A stretch of 64,000 nucleotides of DNA from an uncultured Acidobacteriota bacterium (GCA_963700145.1 OY969474.1:1280001-1344000); one strand, 5' to 3'; shown: positions 17,727 through 27,508, numbered from the stretch's first letter. Notes: generated by a model not told the origin, from the sequence alone. Numbers and translations are program-made.

Positions 17727-18076
17727 GGCCGGCGATCCTGGGACGGCACCCCGAAGGTGATCTCGAGCTCGACCGTGGTGCCGAGGGCTCGCGCCCACTC
17801 GCGCAGGAAGCGCACGGTGGGATTGCTGTTGGCCTGCTCGGCCTGCGAAATGGCCTGCTGGCGGCAGCCGAGCTTTTCCGCCAGCGCGGCTTGGGAGAGC
17901 CCGGCCCGCTCACGCGCCTCCCGCAAAAGGTAGCCGACCGGCGACTCCTCCCACGCCGGCAGCTTCCCCCAACGGCGGAGAGCGGCCCACTCGGGGTACA
18001 CCCGTGGTCGCCGGCGCTTGAGCCCAGGAGGAAGCGGCGGCAGGGAACGCCGTGGGGGCATCGTGAACGTTCTCAT
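17723..18076 (-). CDS. XRE-family helix-turn-helix regulator
   Basis: LLREARERAGLSQAALAEKLGCRQQAISQAE, NPTVRFL; start uncertain (18061, 18076 or 18085). Confidence 0.8.
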   Translation of the reverse strand: MRTFTMPPRRSLPPLPPGLKRRRPRVYPEWAALRRWGKLPAWEESPVGYLLREARERAGLSQAALAEKLGCRQQAISQAEQANSNPTVRFLREWARALGTTVELEITFGVPSQDRRP

Positions 18077-18192
18077 TCTCGCCATCCTCGGGCCTCGCTG
18101 AGATCTTCAGGTGGATCGGAGCACAACGTATAGATTGTACGCGCGAGCAGGCGCGCCAGTCCTCGAGCTTGCTCCGTCGTAAGCTCCGCCCC

Positions 18193-19905
18193 ATGACCGA
18201 CCCCCGCCCGGCGTTGCCGCCGTCGCCGCCGGCGCGGATCGACTTTCGGCGGTATCGCAAGCTGCGGCGCTTCGTCGCCTCCGTCTTTCTCCACGCCCTC
18301 TGGTGGGACCTGCTGCTCAACCGGCCGGGGCTTTCCGTCTTCCGGCCGCCGGCGATCGTGCGCTGGCGGCGGATCGCGCGGCGCTACCGGGCGCTGGCGG
18401 TCGAGATGGGGGGCGTGCTGATCAAGCTCGGGCAGTTCCTCTCGGTGCGCGTGGATCTGCTGCCGGCCGAGGTGATCGGCGAGCTCTCCGGCCTGCAGGA
18501 CGAGGTCCCTCCGGCCCCCTACCCCGCCGTCCTGGCGCAGGTCGAGGCGGAGCTGGGGCGGCCGGTCGGCGCCGTCTTCGCCCGCTTCGAGCCGGTCCCG
18601 GTCGGCGCCGCCTCGCTGGCGCAGGTGCACGCCGCGGCCCTGCCCTCGGGAGAAGCGGTCGTCGTCAAGGTGCTGCGGCCGGGGATCGAGGTGCTGGTCG
18701 AGACCGACCTCGCGGCGGTCGGGCTCGCGCTGCGCCTGCTCGCCTGGTCGCGCACCGTGCGCCGGCGCGTCGACCTCCGCCGCCTCGGGCAGGAGATCAA
18801 CGCCACCACCCGGCGGGAGCTGGACCTCACGGCCGAGGGCAAGCACGCCGAGCGCTTCGCCGCCGACTTCGCCGGCGACCCGCGGGTGATCGTGCCGCGC
18901 ATCCACTGGCCGCAGACGACGCGCCGGACGCTGACCATGGAGGACGTGGCGGCGATCAAGATCAGCGACCTGCCCGCCCTCGAAGCGGCCGGCATCGACC
19001 GCGGCGCCGTCGCCCGCACGCTCTACGACCTCTACATGCGGCAGATCTTCGAGCACCACTTCGTGCACGCCGACCCGCACCCGGGGAACCTCTTCGTTCA
19101 CCCCCTGCCCCCGGGCGGCGAGGCCGCGGCTCCCAGCGACGGCGGCACGCCCTTCCGCATCGCCTTCGTCGACTTCGGCATGGTGGCGACCGTCCCCGAG
19201 CGCCTGCGCGAGCCGCTGCGCGAGTACGCCATCGCCCTCGCCACCCGCGACGCGGCGCGCATGGTGCGCTCCTACGAGACCGCGGGCGTGCTCCTCCCCG
19301 GCGCCGACCTCAACCGCCTGATCGAGATCCACGAGGACCTCTTCGAGCGCTTCTGGGGCGTGCGCATCGGCGACCTCCGCGAGGTGGCCATCGCCGAGGC
19401 GCGCTACTTCCTGCGGCAGTACCGCGACCTGCTCTACGAGATCCCGTTCCAGGTGCAGGTGGACATGCTCTTCGTCTCGCGCGCGGTGGGCCTCCTCTCG
19501 GGCCTGTCGACGACGCTCGACCCGACCTTCGATCCCTGGGCCGCCACCATGCCCTTCGCCGAGCGGCTGGCGCGCGAGGAGCTGCGGCGCGGCTGGCGCG
19601 ACTGGGTGGAGGAAGGGACCGAGCAGGGACGGGCACTCTTCTCCATGCCGCGGCGGCTGGAGCGGCTGATCGGCCAGCTCGAGCGCGGCGATCTGCAGGT
19701 CGAGGCGGCGCTCGCCGCCGACACCCGCCGCGCCGTGCACCGGCTGGAGCGCGCCGTCCTCCGCCTGGCCTGGATGGCGACCGGCGCGGCGTTCCTCATC
19801 GCCGCCACCGTCGTCCACGTCGTCCGCCCGGAGCAGGCGCTCGACGCCTGGCTCTTCGCCGCGGCGGGGGTGGCGCTGCTCTGGGGAGTGCTCTTCCGGC
19901 GGTGA
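18193..19905 (+). CDS. ABC1/AarF/UbiB-family atypical kinase
   Basis: IKLGQFLSVRVDLLP, ASLAQVH, VVKV, HADPHPGNL, VDFGMV, C-terminal TM helices. Confidence 0.92.
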   Translation: MTDPRPALPPSPPARIDFRRYRKLRRFVASVFLHALWWDLLLNRPGLSVFRPPAIVRWRRIARRYRALAVEMGGVLIKLGQFLSVRVDLLPAEVIGELSGLQDEVPPAPYPAVLAQVEAELGRPVGAVFARFEPVPVGAASLAQVHAAALPSGEAVVVKVLRPGIEVLVETDLAAVGLALRLLAWSRTVRRRVDLRRLGQEINATTRRELDLTAEGKHAERFAADFAGDPRVIVPRIHWPQTTRRTLTMEDVAAIKISDLPALEAAGIDRGAVARTLYDLYMRQIFEHHFVHADPHPGNLFVHPLPPGGEAAAPSDGGTPFRIAFVDFGMVATVPERLREPLREYAIALATRDAARMVRSYETAGVLLPGADLNRLIEIHEDLFERFWGVRIGDLREVAIAEARYFLRQYRDLLYEIPFQVQVDMLFVSRAVGLLSGLSTTLDPTFDPWAATMPFAERLAREELRRGWRDWVEEGTEQGRALFSMPRRLERLIGQLERGDLQVEAALAADTRRAVHRLERAVLRLAWMATGAAFLIAATVVHVVRPEQALDAWLFAAAGVALLWGVLFRR

Positions 19906-20504
19906 GCGGCGAGGGGCCGTGGGACCCGGAGCAGGTCTACGCGGCGCGGCGGCGGCAGCCGCGGCTCTGGCCCTGGCTGCTCCTGGTCGCCGGCATCGCG
20001 GCGGCGGGCGTGGCGCTCTTCACGCTCCTGCCGCGCTGGAGCGGGCGCCTTCCCTGGTTGCAGGGCGGGCGCGGCGGCGGCAATGCGAGCGCCGGTGAGG
20101 CGGTGGCGCCGCGCCCGCGGCCGCCGCGGCCCGGCGCCGCCGAGCTGCGGACCGAGGGGCGGCGCGAGTTCACGGGCTACGCCCGCGCCGCCTGCACGCC
20201 GCACGACGGGGCCGGCTTGCAGGTGGCGCTGCGCACCGGCACGGCCGAGCTGCCGGTCGTGGCGCTGGTGGTGTCGGGGTTCGACGGTGCCGGCAGCTAC
20301 ACCGGGCGCGTCTTCTTGACCGCGCGCGGCCCGCGCGGCGCGCTGGTGCGCTCGACCGGCGCGGCCGAGCTGGAGGTCGAGCGCCGGAGCGCCCGCGGCC
20401 GGCGCAGCGCGCTCGCCGGCCGCTTCGAGGGACGCTACGCCGGCGCGGCCGGCGCCGGCACGCTCCGCGGCCGCTTCGAGCGCTGCCTCTTCACCGCTCC
20501 CTGA
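19902..20504 (+). CDS. Hypothetical membrane-anchored protein
   Basis: GTGA overlap with the upstream stop; N-terminal TM LWPWLLLVAGIAAAGVALFTLL. Confidence 0.65.
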   Translation: MSGEGPWDPEQVYAARRRQPRLWPWLLLVAGIAAAGVALFTLLPRWSGRLPWLQGGRGGGNASAGEAVAPRPRPPRPGAAELRTEGRREFTGYARAACTPHDGAGLQVALRTGTAELPVVALVVSGFDGAGSYTGRVFLTARGPRGALVRSTGAAELEVERRSARGRRSALAGRFEGRYAGAAGAGTLRGRFERCLFTAP

Positions 20505-20569
20505 GCGGCGCTGCAACGTTTCACCCGCCCTTTTCCGTCTACTCCGGGGCCACCACACGGAGGAGACCC

Positions 20570-20941
20570 ATGATCCAGGAACGCGCCTACCCCGCCCTCG
20601 ACGCTGTCCACGCCCTCTTGATCGCCGCCCACGAGGCGACCCGCTTCCTGAGCGGGCCCGACCTGGGCGGCCTGGTCGCGCGCCTGCGGCGCACCGCCGC
20701 CGGCGCCCACGAGGCCGTCCTCTACGCCTCCCGCCGGCTCGACGACCCCGCCGGCCGCGACGAGCTGCTGCGCGCCCGCGAGCTGCTCGTGGAGCTGGCC
20801 GACGACGTCGCGGTCGCGCGCCTCCAGGGCCTCGACTACGCCGCGGCCGCGGACCTGCTGGAGTACCAGAGCCAGGCCAGCTTGGCGCTCGCCGCGCTCG
20901 ACGGCGAGCTGCGCTTGCAGATGGAAGCGTGCGCGGCGTGA
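20570..20941 (+). CDS. Hypothetical helical protein, possibly a divergent four-helix-bundle (IVP/Avd-like) protein
   Basis: GGAGGAG RBS; pattern GLVARLRR...LLRARELLVEL...ARLQG resembles the four-helix-bundle family. Confidence 0.65.
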   Translation: MIQERAYPALDAVHALLIAAHEATRFLSGPDLGGLVARLRRTAAGAHEAVLYASRRLDDPAGRDELLRARELLVELADDVAVARLQGLDYAAAADLLEYQSQASLALAALDGELRLQMEACAA

Positions 20942-21020
20942 GGCCGCGCCGAGGACGCCGCGGCGGATCTGTTATAAAGACTGCATAGCAGCCGCGAGGT
21001 AATCGCTTCCGAAGCCGGCG

Positions 21021-21689
21021 ATGGCGATCGAGCTGAAGAGTGTGTTCGTGAGCAGCACCTCCGACCTGCTCGAAGAGCGGGAGACGGTGCGCAGCGTGAT
21101 CCGCGACTATCAGATCGAACGCCAGCTCCTGCCCTACATCTCCGACTCCGACATGCGGCCGGGCGCCACGCCCGAGGAGCGGCTCCGCGAGGAGATCCGC
21201 AACGCCGATCTCTTCATGATGATCCTCGGCGGCAGGTTCGGCTCGCTCCACCCCAAGGCCGCGACGCAGCCGCCGCCGTCGATCTGCGAGTGGGAGTTCG
21301 AGGAGGCCCGGAGACGGGGACTGACCATGCTGTCCCTGGAGAAGGTGCTGCCCGCCGAGACCATCGAGGAGCCGCAGCGCCGCTTCCGCGACCAGGTCCG
21401 CCAGTTCTCCTCCGGCGTCTGGCGCAAGACCTTCTCCAACCGCGACGAGCTCGCCAGGATCCTGGTCGGCGTGCTCATCGCCTGGGCCCTCTCCGAGAAG
21501 CGGTCTGTGCAGCGCATGGAGGTCCTCGCCTGGGCGATCCTCGCGCTCGGGGTAGCCCTCGTCGTCTCCCTGCAGTGGCTGGACAACAACAGCGTCTCGC
21601 GCGCCTTCCCCGCCGGCGGCGTCGCCATGATCGCCGTCGCGCTCCTCGGCTTCGCGGGACAGAACCTGATTCGGATGATCCGCCGATGA
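21021..21689 (+). CDS. DUF4062 domain protein with two C-terminal TM helices
   Basis: VFVSSTSDLLEERETV, EEIRNADLFMMILGGRFGS, SICEWEFEEARRRG. Confidence 0.8.
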   Translation: MAIELKSVFVSSTSDLLEERETVRSVIRDYQIERQLLPYISDSDMRPGATPEERLREEIRNADLFMMILGGRFGSLHPKAATQPPPSICEWEFEEARRRGLTMLSLEKVLPAETIEEPQRRFRDQVRQFSSGVWRKTFSNRDELARILVGVLIAWALSEKRSVQRMEVLAWAILALGVALVVSLQWLDNNSVSRAFPAGGVAMIAVALLGFAGQNLIRMIRR

Positions 21690-22432
21690 GCGAAGCTCTC
21701 CCGCCGCCGCAGCAGCAGCAGGATGCCGACATCGCCACCATGGCCGCCGACCTGGCCAAGCGGCGCCGGCGCCTCCAGCTCCTCAATCTCGCGATCCTGC
21801 TCGTGCCGCTGGCGGCCGGCGTGATCTTCCTCGCCTTCGGGAGGAACCACAACGAGAGGGTCGTCGAGTCCGTCACCGAGAAGGCCTCTTCGAGAGTCGC
21901 GGCGACGGTCGAGAATGCCGTGCCGCGGGCCGTCGATGCGGTGGCCAAGGTGAGCGTCCCGCGGGAGGTCAAGGCGTCGCTCAAGGAGACCGTGCTCCCG
22001 GCGGTCCGGACAACGGTCGCACAGACGGTCCCGCTAAGGGTGGAGGAAGCGCTGACCAAGGCTCAGGTCACAGAACGGCTCGATACGCTCGAGACCCAGG
22101 CGCTCGAGACTGCCCCGTCGGCGTCTGCCGAGCGCATCAGGGAAGTTGAGAAAGACCTCGCCGATCTGAAAGAGCGGCTCACCACCCAGGAGAAGACGCT
22201 CAAGACGCACACGCGGCAGATCGAAGGCCTGGGGCGGGTCCGAGGCCTCTCCGCAGAGGACCTGATCCGACGTCTCAAAGAGGCCGAAGCGCGCTTGCAG
22301 GCAATCCCCTCCGGCCTGGACGAGTTGCCAAACCTGCCCAGACCCATGCGGGAAGGCCTGAGGAACGTCGGCCAGGTGCGCGAGGACCTGCAGGAGCTGC
22401 GGGAGCTGCTCGAGCGGGCGAACCAGGAGTGA
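21686..22432 (+). CDS. Single-TM coiled-coil protein
   Basis: ATGA overlap with the DUF4062 gene; TM LLNLAILLVPLAAGVIFLAF; heptad-rich C-terminus. Confidence 0.7.
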   Translation: MSEALPPPQQQQDADIATMAADLAKRRRRLQLLNLAILLVPLAAGVIFLAFGRNHNERVVESVTEKASSRVAATVENAVPRAVDAVAKVSVPREVKASLKETVLPAVRTTVAQTVPLRVEEALTKAQVTERLDTLETQALETAPSASAERIREVEKDLADLKERLTTQEKTLKTHTRQIEGLGRVRGLSAEDLIRRLKEAEARLQAIPSGLDELPNLPRPMREGLRNVGQVREDLQELRELLERANQE

Positions 22433-22442
22433 GGAGGGCCGC

Positions 22443-23201
22443 TCAGCCCCCGAGCACGCTGCCGCCGTTGACGCTCAGCACCTCGCCGGTGATGTGGCGG
22501 GCGAGCGGCGAGGCCAGGAAGAGGACCGGGCCGGCGATGTCGTCGGGGTCGGCGACCCGGCCGAGCGGGATCGAGGCGGCGACCTCGCGCCCGGCCTCGC
22601 CGGCCAGGGCCGCGGCCGTCATGTCGGTCGCCACCCAGCCGGGGGCGACGGCGTTGACGCGCACCCGCGGCGCCAGCTCGCTCGCCCAGGCCCTGGTGGC
22701 GGCGATGACGGCGCCCTTGCTCGCCGCGTAAGGGCTGTAGAAGGCCTCGCCGCGCTGCCCGGCGGTCGAGCTGACGTTGACGATGTTGCCGTCCGGCGAG
22801 CGCTCGAGGAGCGGCAGGGCGCCGCGGGCGCAGAGGAAGGGGCCGACGACGTTGACCTCGAGGGTGGCGCGCAGCTCGCCGCTGTCGAGCTCGCGCAGCG
22901 GGTTGTGCACCCAGACGCCGGCGTTGTTGACCAGGCAGTCGAGCGCCCCCCACTCGCGGGCGACGTGCTCGAAGAGCGCCGCCACCTGGTCCTCCTGCGT
23001 GACGTTGCAGCGGAACATCCGGTGCGGGCGGTGCGGCGCGAGGGCGGTCAGCTCGGCGAGGAGGCGCTTGGCCTTCGCCTCGCTCGCCACGTAGTGGACA
23101 AGCACGGCGGCGCCCGCCCGCGCGAACGCCCGGCAGCAGGCGGCGCCGATGCCGCGGCTCGCCCCGGTGACCAGGACGTGCCGGCCGGAAAGGTCGATCA
23201 C
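22443..23201 (-). CDS. SDR family oxidoreductase (FabG-like)
   Basis: TGASRGIG, VNNAG, YAASKGA, VNAVAPGWVATDM; GTGA overlap with the thiolase stop. Confidence 0.92.
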   Translation of the reverse strand: MIDLSGRHVLVTGASRGIGAACCRAFARAGAAVLVHYVASEAKAKRLLAELTALAPHRPHRMFRCNVTQEDQVAALFEHVAREWGALDCLVNNAGVWVHNPLRELDSGELRATLEVNVVGPFLCARGALPLLERSPDGNIVNVSSTAGQRGEAFYSPYAASKGAVIAATRAWASELAPRVRVNAVAPGWVATDMTAAALAGEAGREVAASIPLGRVADPDDIAGPVLFLASPLARHITGEVLSVNGGSVLGG

Positions 23202-24391
23202 GAGGTTGATTCGACGACCAGCGCGATCCCCTGCCCGCCGCCGATGCAGGCCGACGCCACGCCGACGCCGCCGCCGCGCCGCCGCAGCTCCTTGAGCACG
23301 GTCAGCACCAGGCGCGTGCCGGTCGCCCCGAGCGGATGGCCGAGCGCCACGGCGCCGCCGTTGACGTTGAGCTTGGCCGGGTCGAGCTCCAGCTCCTTCA
23401 GCACCGCCAGGATCTGGCCGGCGAAGGCCTCGTTGATCTCGAAGAGGGTGACGTCGTCGAGCGTCATGCCGGCCTTGGCCAGGGCGGCGCGGATCGCCGG
23501 CGCCGGGCCGATCCCCATGCGCGAGGGCTCGACGCCGACGACCGCCCAGGAGACCAGCCGCCCGAGCGGCGACCAGCCGCGCTCGCGCGCCCGCTCGGCG
23601 GTCGAGAGCAGCATCATGGCCGCGCCGTCGACGATCCCGGAGGCGTTGCCGGCGGTGACGAAGCCGTCCTTGTCGAAGGCGGGCGGCAGGCCTTCGAGGT
23701 CCTCCATCGTCGTCCCGGGGCGCATGTGGTCGTCGCGGTCGATGGTCTTCGCCCGCTTGCCGCTGCCCACCTCGACCGGCACGACCTCCTCGGCCAGCCG
23801 GCCGCTCTCCCAGGCCGCAGCGGCCCGCTTCTGCGAGCAGAGCGCGAATTCGTCCTGCTCGCGGCGGGAGATGCCGTAGTCGCGCGCCAGGTTGTTGCTG
23901 GTCTGCGCCATGTAGCAGCCGCACCAGCTGTCCATGAGCGAGACCATGAGGAGGTCCTGGAGCTGCCCCTGGCCGAGCTTGAAGCCCTTGCGCGCGCCCC
24001 AGATGACGTGCGGCGCCTGGCTCATGTTCTCCATGCCGCCGACCAGGACGGTGGTGCCGTCGCCGGTGAGGATCGACTGCGCGCCCGAGAGGATGGACTG
24101 CACGCCGGAGCCGCAGAGGCGATTGACGGTGAGCGCCGGCACCTCCTTCGGCACCCCGGCCTGGAGCGCCACGTGGCGGGCGCCGTAGATGGCGTCGGCG
24201 GAGGTCTGCAGGGCGTTGCCGACGACGACGTGGTCGAGCTCCGCCGGGTCGGCGCCGGTGCGCTCGAAGAGGGCGCGCGCGGCGCGGGCGCCGAGCTCGA
24301 TCGCCGAGAGGTCTGCGAAGGACCCGTTGTACTCGGCCATCGGGGTGCGCACCCCGTCGACGAGCACCAGGTCGCGAATTGCGAGGGACAT
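23198..24391 (-). CDS. Acetyl-CoA C-acyltransferase (thiolase)
   Basis: NRLCGSG, GMENMSQAP, EINEAFA, NVNGGAVALGHPLGATG, CIGGGQG. Confidence 0.95.
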   Translation of the reverse strand: MSLAIRDLVLVDGVRTPMAEYNGSFADLSAIELGARAARALFERTGADPAELDHVVVGNALQTSADAIYGARHVALQAGVPKEVPALTVNRLCGSGVQSILSGAQSILTGDGTTVLVGGMENMSQAPHVIWGARKGFKLGQGQLQDLLMVSLMDSWCGCYMAQTSNNLARDYGISRREQDEFALCSQKRAAAAWESGRLAEEVVPVEVGSGKRAKTIDRDDHMRPGTTMEDLEGLPPAFDKDGFVTAGNASGIVDGAAMMLLSTAERARERGWSPLGRLVSWAVVGVEPSRMGIGPAPAIRAALAKAGMTLDDVTLFEINEAFAGQILAVLKELELDPAKLNVNGGAVALGHPLGATGTRLVLTVLKELRRRGGGVGVASACIGGGQGIALVVESTS

Positions 24392-24415
24392 GCGGTCTCC
24401 TTGGGTTGGTCCGAG

Positions 24416-25462
24416 CTAACGCGGGTCGCGATGATACGCCAGCGCGTGGAAGCGGCGGCGGCGGCGGTTGATCGGCACGGCGGCGCTGGTGCGGTGGGCG
24501 AGGAAGACGAGCACGCGCCCCGCCTCGGGATCGATCCAGAGGTTGCCGCCCGGAAAGCCGGTATGCCCGAAGGCGCTCGGCGGCAGGCAGGGCCCGCCCC
24601 CTTGGAGCGTCCGCCGCCGCCACCAGCCGAGCGCGAAGCGCGTCCCGCCGCCGCGCGCCCGCGCCACCGCCTCAGGCGTCAACAACGCGCCCGGCCGCAG
24701 CCATTCCGCGCCCAGCCGGAAGAGCGCTTCGGCCGGGCCGAAGAGCCCGGAGTGGCCGGGGAAGCCGCCGAGGAAGCGGGCGTTGCCGTCGTTGGGGATG
24801 CCGGGGGGCGGCGGCGGCAGGAGGTCGATCGCGAGGCCTTGCTCGGCGGCGAGGCGGACCTCCTTGGCCGTGTCGCAGCGGCAGACCGCGACGTCGGGCC
24901 GGTCGCCGGGCACGTCCTCGACGCCTTCGATCCCGAGCGGGCGGAGGACGCGCTCGGCGAGCAACGGCAGGAGCGGCCGCCCGAGGAGGCGCTCGGCGGC
25001 GAGCCACCAGACGATGAAGTCGAGGTCGCTGTAGGTGCCCCGCCGCTCGCCGAGCAGCGTCCCGCCGAGGAGCAGCGGCTCGACCTCCGCCGGCTCGCGG
25101 CAGAGGTGGTAGAGCGGCGCCCAGTGGCGCACGCCGGCCTCGTGGCGGAGGAGGTCCTCGAGCGTGCGGCGGGCGAGCGCGGGGTGGGATGCGGGGAGGG
25201 CGTCGCCGACAGCGGTGTCGAGCGGCAGCTCGTTGCTCGCGTCGAGGATGAGGGCGAGAGTGGCGATGAACGGCTTGACGAGCGAGCCGTAGTCGAAGCG
25301 AGTGGCGAGCGTCGCCGGCCGGCCGGGCCGCGCCTCGCCGGCGAGGCCGGTCCAGGCGATACCGCCGGCGCCGCCGACCATCCCGGCCGCCGCGCTCAGC
25401 TCGCCGGCGGCGACGAGGTCGTCGAGGTAAGCCTGCAGACGCTCGCCCGCCGCCTTTGTCAT
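24416..25462 (-). CDS. Beta-lactamase-related serine hydrolase
   Basis: SxxK motif FDYGSLVK, LLRHEAG, YSDLDF, FGHTGFPG, LWIDP; start uncertain (ATG lies inside the adjacent repeat). Confidence 0.85.
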   Translation of the reverse strand: MTKAAGERLQAYLDDLVAAGELSAAAGMVGGAGGIAWTGLAGEARPGRPATLATRFDYGSLVKPFIATLALILDASNELPLDTAVGDALPASHPALARRTLEDLLRHEAGVRHWAPLYHLCREPAEVEPLLLGGTLLGERRGTYSDLDFIVWWLAAERLLGRPLLPLLAERVLRPLGIEGVEDVPGDRPDVAVCRCDTAKEVRLAAEQGLAIDLLPPPPPGIPNDGNARFLGGFPGHSGLFGPAEALFRLGAEWLRPGALLTPEAVARARGGGTRFALGWWRRRTLQGGGPCLPPSAFGHTGFPGGNLWIDPEAGRVLVFLAHRTSAAVPINRRRRRFHALAYHRDPR

Positions 25463-25573
25463 CCCGAGCGAGAGCGAGGGATCTGGGCGGGGGGCGGCAC
25501 GACGAGCGCCCCGTGTTCGAGAGGTCTTCACGCCACCCTTCCCCCAGATCCCTCGCTCACGCTCGGGATGACA
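25457..25573. repeat. REPIN-like inverted repeat, family 1, copy 1
   Basis: tgtcatcccgagcgagagcgagggatctggg ... cccagatccctcgctcacgctcgggatgaca; related copies at 31609 and 57645. Confidence 0.9.
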
Positions 25574-25592
25574 GGCGTTGCGCTTCGGGCCT

Positions 25593-26759
25593 TCACTGGT
25601 AATTCCCCGGGTGGCCGGTCTGGAAGACGACCACCCGCTCCCCTTCAGCAAGCTCTCCCGCCGCCGCCAGGTCGTCGAGGGCGGCGAGCGCCGCCGCCCC
25701 TTCCGGACCGATCAGCAGCCCGGCCCGCGCCGCCCGCACCGTCACCTCCGGCAGCCGCGCCTCGTCGACCGCCAGCGCCCGCCCATCCGTCTCGCGCAGC
25801 GCGCGCAGCACCAGGAAATCGCCGAGCGCTCGCGGCACGCGCAGGCCCCAGACGCGCGTTTGCGGATCCTGCCAGGGCGCCGCCTTCTCCGCGCCGGCGG
25901 CGAAGGCGCGCACCAGCGGCGCGCAGCCGGCGGCCTGCACGACGACGAAGCGCGGCCGGCGGCCGGCGACCAGCCCCAGCCGCTCCAACTCGGCGAAGGC
26001 CTTGTGCATGCCGACGATGCCGGTGCCGCCGCCGGTCGGGTAGACGATCCACTCCGGCAGCTCCCAGCCGAATTGCTCGGCGACCTCGAAGCCCATCGTC
26101 TTCTTTCCCTCGACGCGGTAGGGCTCGCGCAACGTCGAGAGCGTCCAGTAGCCATCGTCGCCGGCGAGGAGCTTCGCCGCCTCGACCAGCGTGCCGGGCG
26201 CGGTCAGCACCTCCGCGCCGTGGGCGCGGCAGCGGGCGGCGACGGTCTGCGGCGTGTCCTCGGGGAGGGCCACTCGCGCCGGCAGGCCGGCGGCGGCGGC
26301 GTAGGCGGCGAGCGCGAGGGCGGCGTTGCCGGCGCTGGCGAGCTGCACGCCCGGCGCGCCGAGCTCGCGGGCGCGGTTGACGGCGAGCGAGAGGCCGCGC
26401 GCCTTGAAGGAGCCGGTCGGGTTCCCCGCCTCCTCCTTGAGCCAGACGCGCACGCCGTCCGGCGCCCAGCCGCGCAGCGGGACGAGCGGCGTCCCCCCTT
26501 CGCCGAGGTCGACGCGGCGGGCGGCGTCGCGCAGCGGCAGCAGCTCGCGGTAGCGCCAGAGGGTCCAGGGGCGGGACGGCAGGGCGCGGCGGAGCGCGGC
26601 GCCGCGCGCGGCGTCGAGGTCGTAGTCGACCAGCCACGGGGCGCCGGCCGGCGAAAGGAACGCGGGCTCGTCGAGCGGGGCGGCGGCGCCGGTGCGGGAG
26701 CAGACGAGGCGTCGCGCCCAGCGCTCGCCGGGGTCGGTCTCCGGCGGCGCGGCGGTCAC
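25593..26759 (-). CDS. thrC: Threonine synthase (PLP-dependent, fold type II)
   Basis: LWRYRELLP, LGEGGTPL, NPTGSFKARG, SAGNA, EPYRVEGKKTMG, YPTGGGTG, PEGAA. Confidence 0.88.
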   Translation of the reverse strand: MTAAPPETDPGERWARRLVCSRTGAAAPLDEPAFLSPAGAPWLVDYDLDAARGAALRRALPSRPWTLWRYRELLPLRDAARRVDLGEGGTPLVPLRGWAPDGVRVWLKEEAGNPTGSFKARGLSLAVNRARELGAPGVQLASAGNAALALAAYAAAAGLPARVALPEDTPQTVAARCRAHGAEVLTAPGTLVEAAKLLAGDDGYWTLSTLREPYRVEGKKTMGFEVAEQFGWELPEWIVYPTGGGTGIVGMHKAFAELERLGLVAGRRPRFVVVQAAGCAPLVRAFAAGAEKAAPWQDPQTRVWGLRVPRALGDFLVLRALRETDGRALAVDEARLPEVTVRAARAGLLIGPEGAAALAALDDLAAAGELAEGERVVVFQTGHPGNYQ

Positions 26760-27508
26760 GGCTCCCGCGGCGCGGCGGTCGTGGGCGGCTCGCCCGGCAG
26801 CTCTTCGCCGTGGCCGGTGGAGAAGCGCTCCTCGGGCGTCTGCACGGCGCGGATGCGGTCGCGGTATTTCGCCACCAGCGCGACGTTGTGGCGGAGCGCC
26901 TCGCCGGCCGACTCGGCCGGCGTCTCCGCCCGGCCGCGCATCTCCGCGAGCTTGCGCTCCAGCTCGGCCCGCCGCGCCGGGTCGGCGACCGCCTGCTTCT
27001 GCGCCTCGAGGAACTGCACGTACTCGTCGCGCCCCTCGGCGAGCTGGGCGTTGACCCGCTGGGTCAGCTCGGCGAGGAGCGCCGCGGTCACCCGCTCCTC
27101 CACCCACTGGTACTCCTTCGGGTTGTGCTTCAGCTCCTGGGCCGCGCGCAGGTTGGCGGTGGCGATGTCGGCCGCGTCCCCCACCGCCTGCACCGCCTCG
27201 AAGAGGCCCATCTCCTCGCCTTCCTTCTTGGCCTCGGCGGACTTCTTCTCCAGCTCCTTGCCCGCCACCTCGCGGATGCGCTTGCCGCGCTGGCGCACCG
27301 CCAGGTACATCTCGATCTGCGCGTCGGTGAGCTTGCCGTCCGCGGGCGGGTCGTACTGCGCCGCCGCGACCTCGTCGAGGACCTCCAGCGTCCCCTTCTC
27401 CTTGAGCGCCTGCTGGACCGCGGCCTCGTCCTCCGCCGGATCCTTGCGGCAGGCGGCGGTCGCGAGGAGGAGGGCGGCGGAAGCGGCGGCGAGACGGCGG
27501 CGAGTCAT
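26756..27508 (-). CDS. Hypothetical lipoprotein
   Basis: Lipobox-like LLLATAAC; high-GC3 codon usage; coupled to the downstream gene. Confidence 0.75.
   Translation of the reverse strand: MTRRRLAAASAALLLATAACRKDPAEDEAAVQQALKEKGTLEVLDEVAAAQYDPPADGKLTDAQIEMYLAVRQRGKRIREVAGKELEKKSAEAKKEGEEMGLFEAVQAVGDAADIATANLRAAQELKHNPKEYQWVEERVTAALLAELTQRVNAQLAEGRDEYVQFLEAQKQAVADPARRAELERKLAEMRGRAETPAESAGEALRHNVALVAKYRDRIRAVQTPEERFSTGHGEELPGEPPTTAAPREP

Noticed and set aside
20570-20941. Diversity-generating retroelement
   Set aside because: No reverse transcriptase or template/variable repeat pair was seen
23336-26380. Long Arg/Ala/Pro-rich antisense ORFs (here and throughout the window)
   Set aside because: Shadow frames of real genes, caused by stop-codon scarcity at high GC
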